A stretch of DNA of 64,000 nucleotides from Octopus vulgaris (taxonomy: Eukaryota), in the NCBI GenBank assembly GCA_951406725.2, contig OX597815.1, positions 23,932,001 to 23,996,000 on the forward strand, read 5' to 3'. Positions 62,791 through 64,000 of the stretch are shown here, one piece after another (within the stretch, counting starts at the first letter, position 1; every line of letters starts with the position of its first letter). Under the pieces are notes generated by a model, which worked only from the letters and a program-made list of their open reading frames with translations, searched no databases and was not told the origin of the DNA. The translations under genes were made by a program, and so were the position numbers.

Positions 62791-64000
62791 TATTATCAAG
62801 TACATCTTTGCCTGACTTCACACCACCATTACTACCACCACCAATCACCCCCATCACTCCTTCCCAATTCTTGGCTGTCTTTAGTGGAGTCCACTTTGTT
62901 GCAATTATTTAGGTTATGTCTCAAGCCGGTGAATAAATCCATCCCTCCCTCGGAGACTCCGAGAAAAAAAATTGGTAAAGTGGAACAAGATTGCTTTTGG
63001 GGCACAGGAGTCGGAGGTTCCCTCGAAATTAAGGTTGGTAAGATGAAGTTTTATTTTAGGGAAGAGCTCGGCAGATAGTCAAAAATCTTTCCTTGACGTT
63101 CTGATCCTCGGATCAAAATAATGGTCGAGGTCCTTCTTATAGGCTCTTCTTACATTATAGAAGCTTCTCTTCCTCCTCTGACTAAACTATAAAGCAATAA
63201 CAAATAAAAAGAAACTCCTGTTATTGTACTGATCAAGGAAGAATGAAAGAAATTCAATCCAAGTCTACTCAGAACGAAACAAAAGTCACGTAATAGTCAA
63301 ACGTTCTAGTTTGTCTACAAGCTCACCTTCATCTTCAAACGAAATGTTAATTACTCTACATTCAGCTAAGCTTTTACGTCCTTGCAGTTAGAGAAGGTTG
63401 GATCGCAATTGGTTACGAATACAATTCTAACAAATAACACTTTTATCAACGATGGAATCTACGATGCCGTACGACCTGCTATAAATAGTAACCGAATTTC
63501 CATCACTGTTCAGTTACCGACTTAAGAAAAGGAAAGTATTGAATAATGTCTTAAATGCACTATATGCAAAAGCAGAAACAAAGACGAGATGGTCTTTTAT
63601 TATTGATTTCATTCAGATATCACCTGGTATCACAGTGATATAAACGTTTTACGTCTAGGTAGAGCTTGTTCTCAACATTTTAGGTTTCTGGGGATATCAT
63701 TATCACAAAACAAACTTGTTTCAATGACATCTTATATCCATCAAAAATATAACCTATCTCTTTCCTTGTTATACTTGTCTCAAAACCCACTATATACACA
63801 TGCATATGTATGTATGTATGTATATATATGTGATGCATATATATCACCAGGTGGCGTCTAGCGGCATAATTTTATCTGTACAAACAATGTACAACAACAC
63901 ATAAGGCGCCTCCAGTTGTAACCTAATGGAATGTAGAGATAAAATATACTATTTAAAAAATATCATTATCGGAAGTAGTGTGCTGTGTTTGTGTCTTTCC

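Noticed and set aside
62800-63140. GC-richer stretch with a 64-aa ORF
   Set aside because: No recognisable motif or convincing splice-site pair; probably an old repeat remnant.

Overview
AT-rich, repeat-dense animal genomic DNA. The SINE/LINE repertoire and microsatellite load point to an octopus (coleoid cephalopod) genome, which is an inference from repeat content. Almost every ORF in the supplied track is a microsatellite or repeat artefact. The only host gene I can support is the 3' end of a + strand RAI1/TCF20-family gene. Its short exons at 8508-8601, 11113-11162 and 14464-14516 splice into the C-terminal extended PHD finger ([63 protein letters not shown]), and a probable non-coding terminal exon lies at about 24927-27280. 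The rest is intron or intergenic DNA filled with several tRNA-headed SINE families, RTE, CR1, Dong/R4 and other LINE remnants, Tc1/mariner, Tigger, piggyBac-like and 8-bp-TSD MITEs, and Helitrons. Five structures stand out. (1) A 354-bp fold-back element carries a minimal hammerhead ribozyme in its loop (41596-41949). (2) Further hammerhead-like motifs occur, two sharing a non-canonical CUGUNGA core. (3) A tandem array of headless ~189-bp SINE bodies all start at one internal breakpoint (45623-47275). (4) Three separate ~200-340-bp inverted duplications include locus-specific or minisatellite DNA. (5) A co-oriented stack of (TAA)n-associated retroelements includes an unclassified structured ~460-bp element (34325-37520). 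All coordinates and alignments were read by eye and no searches were run.
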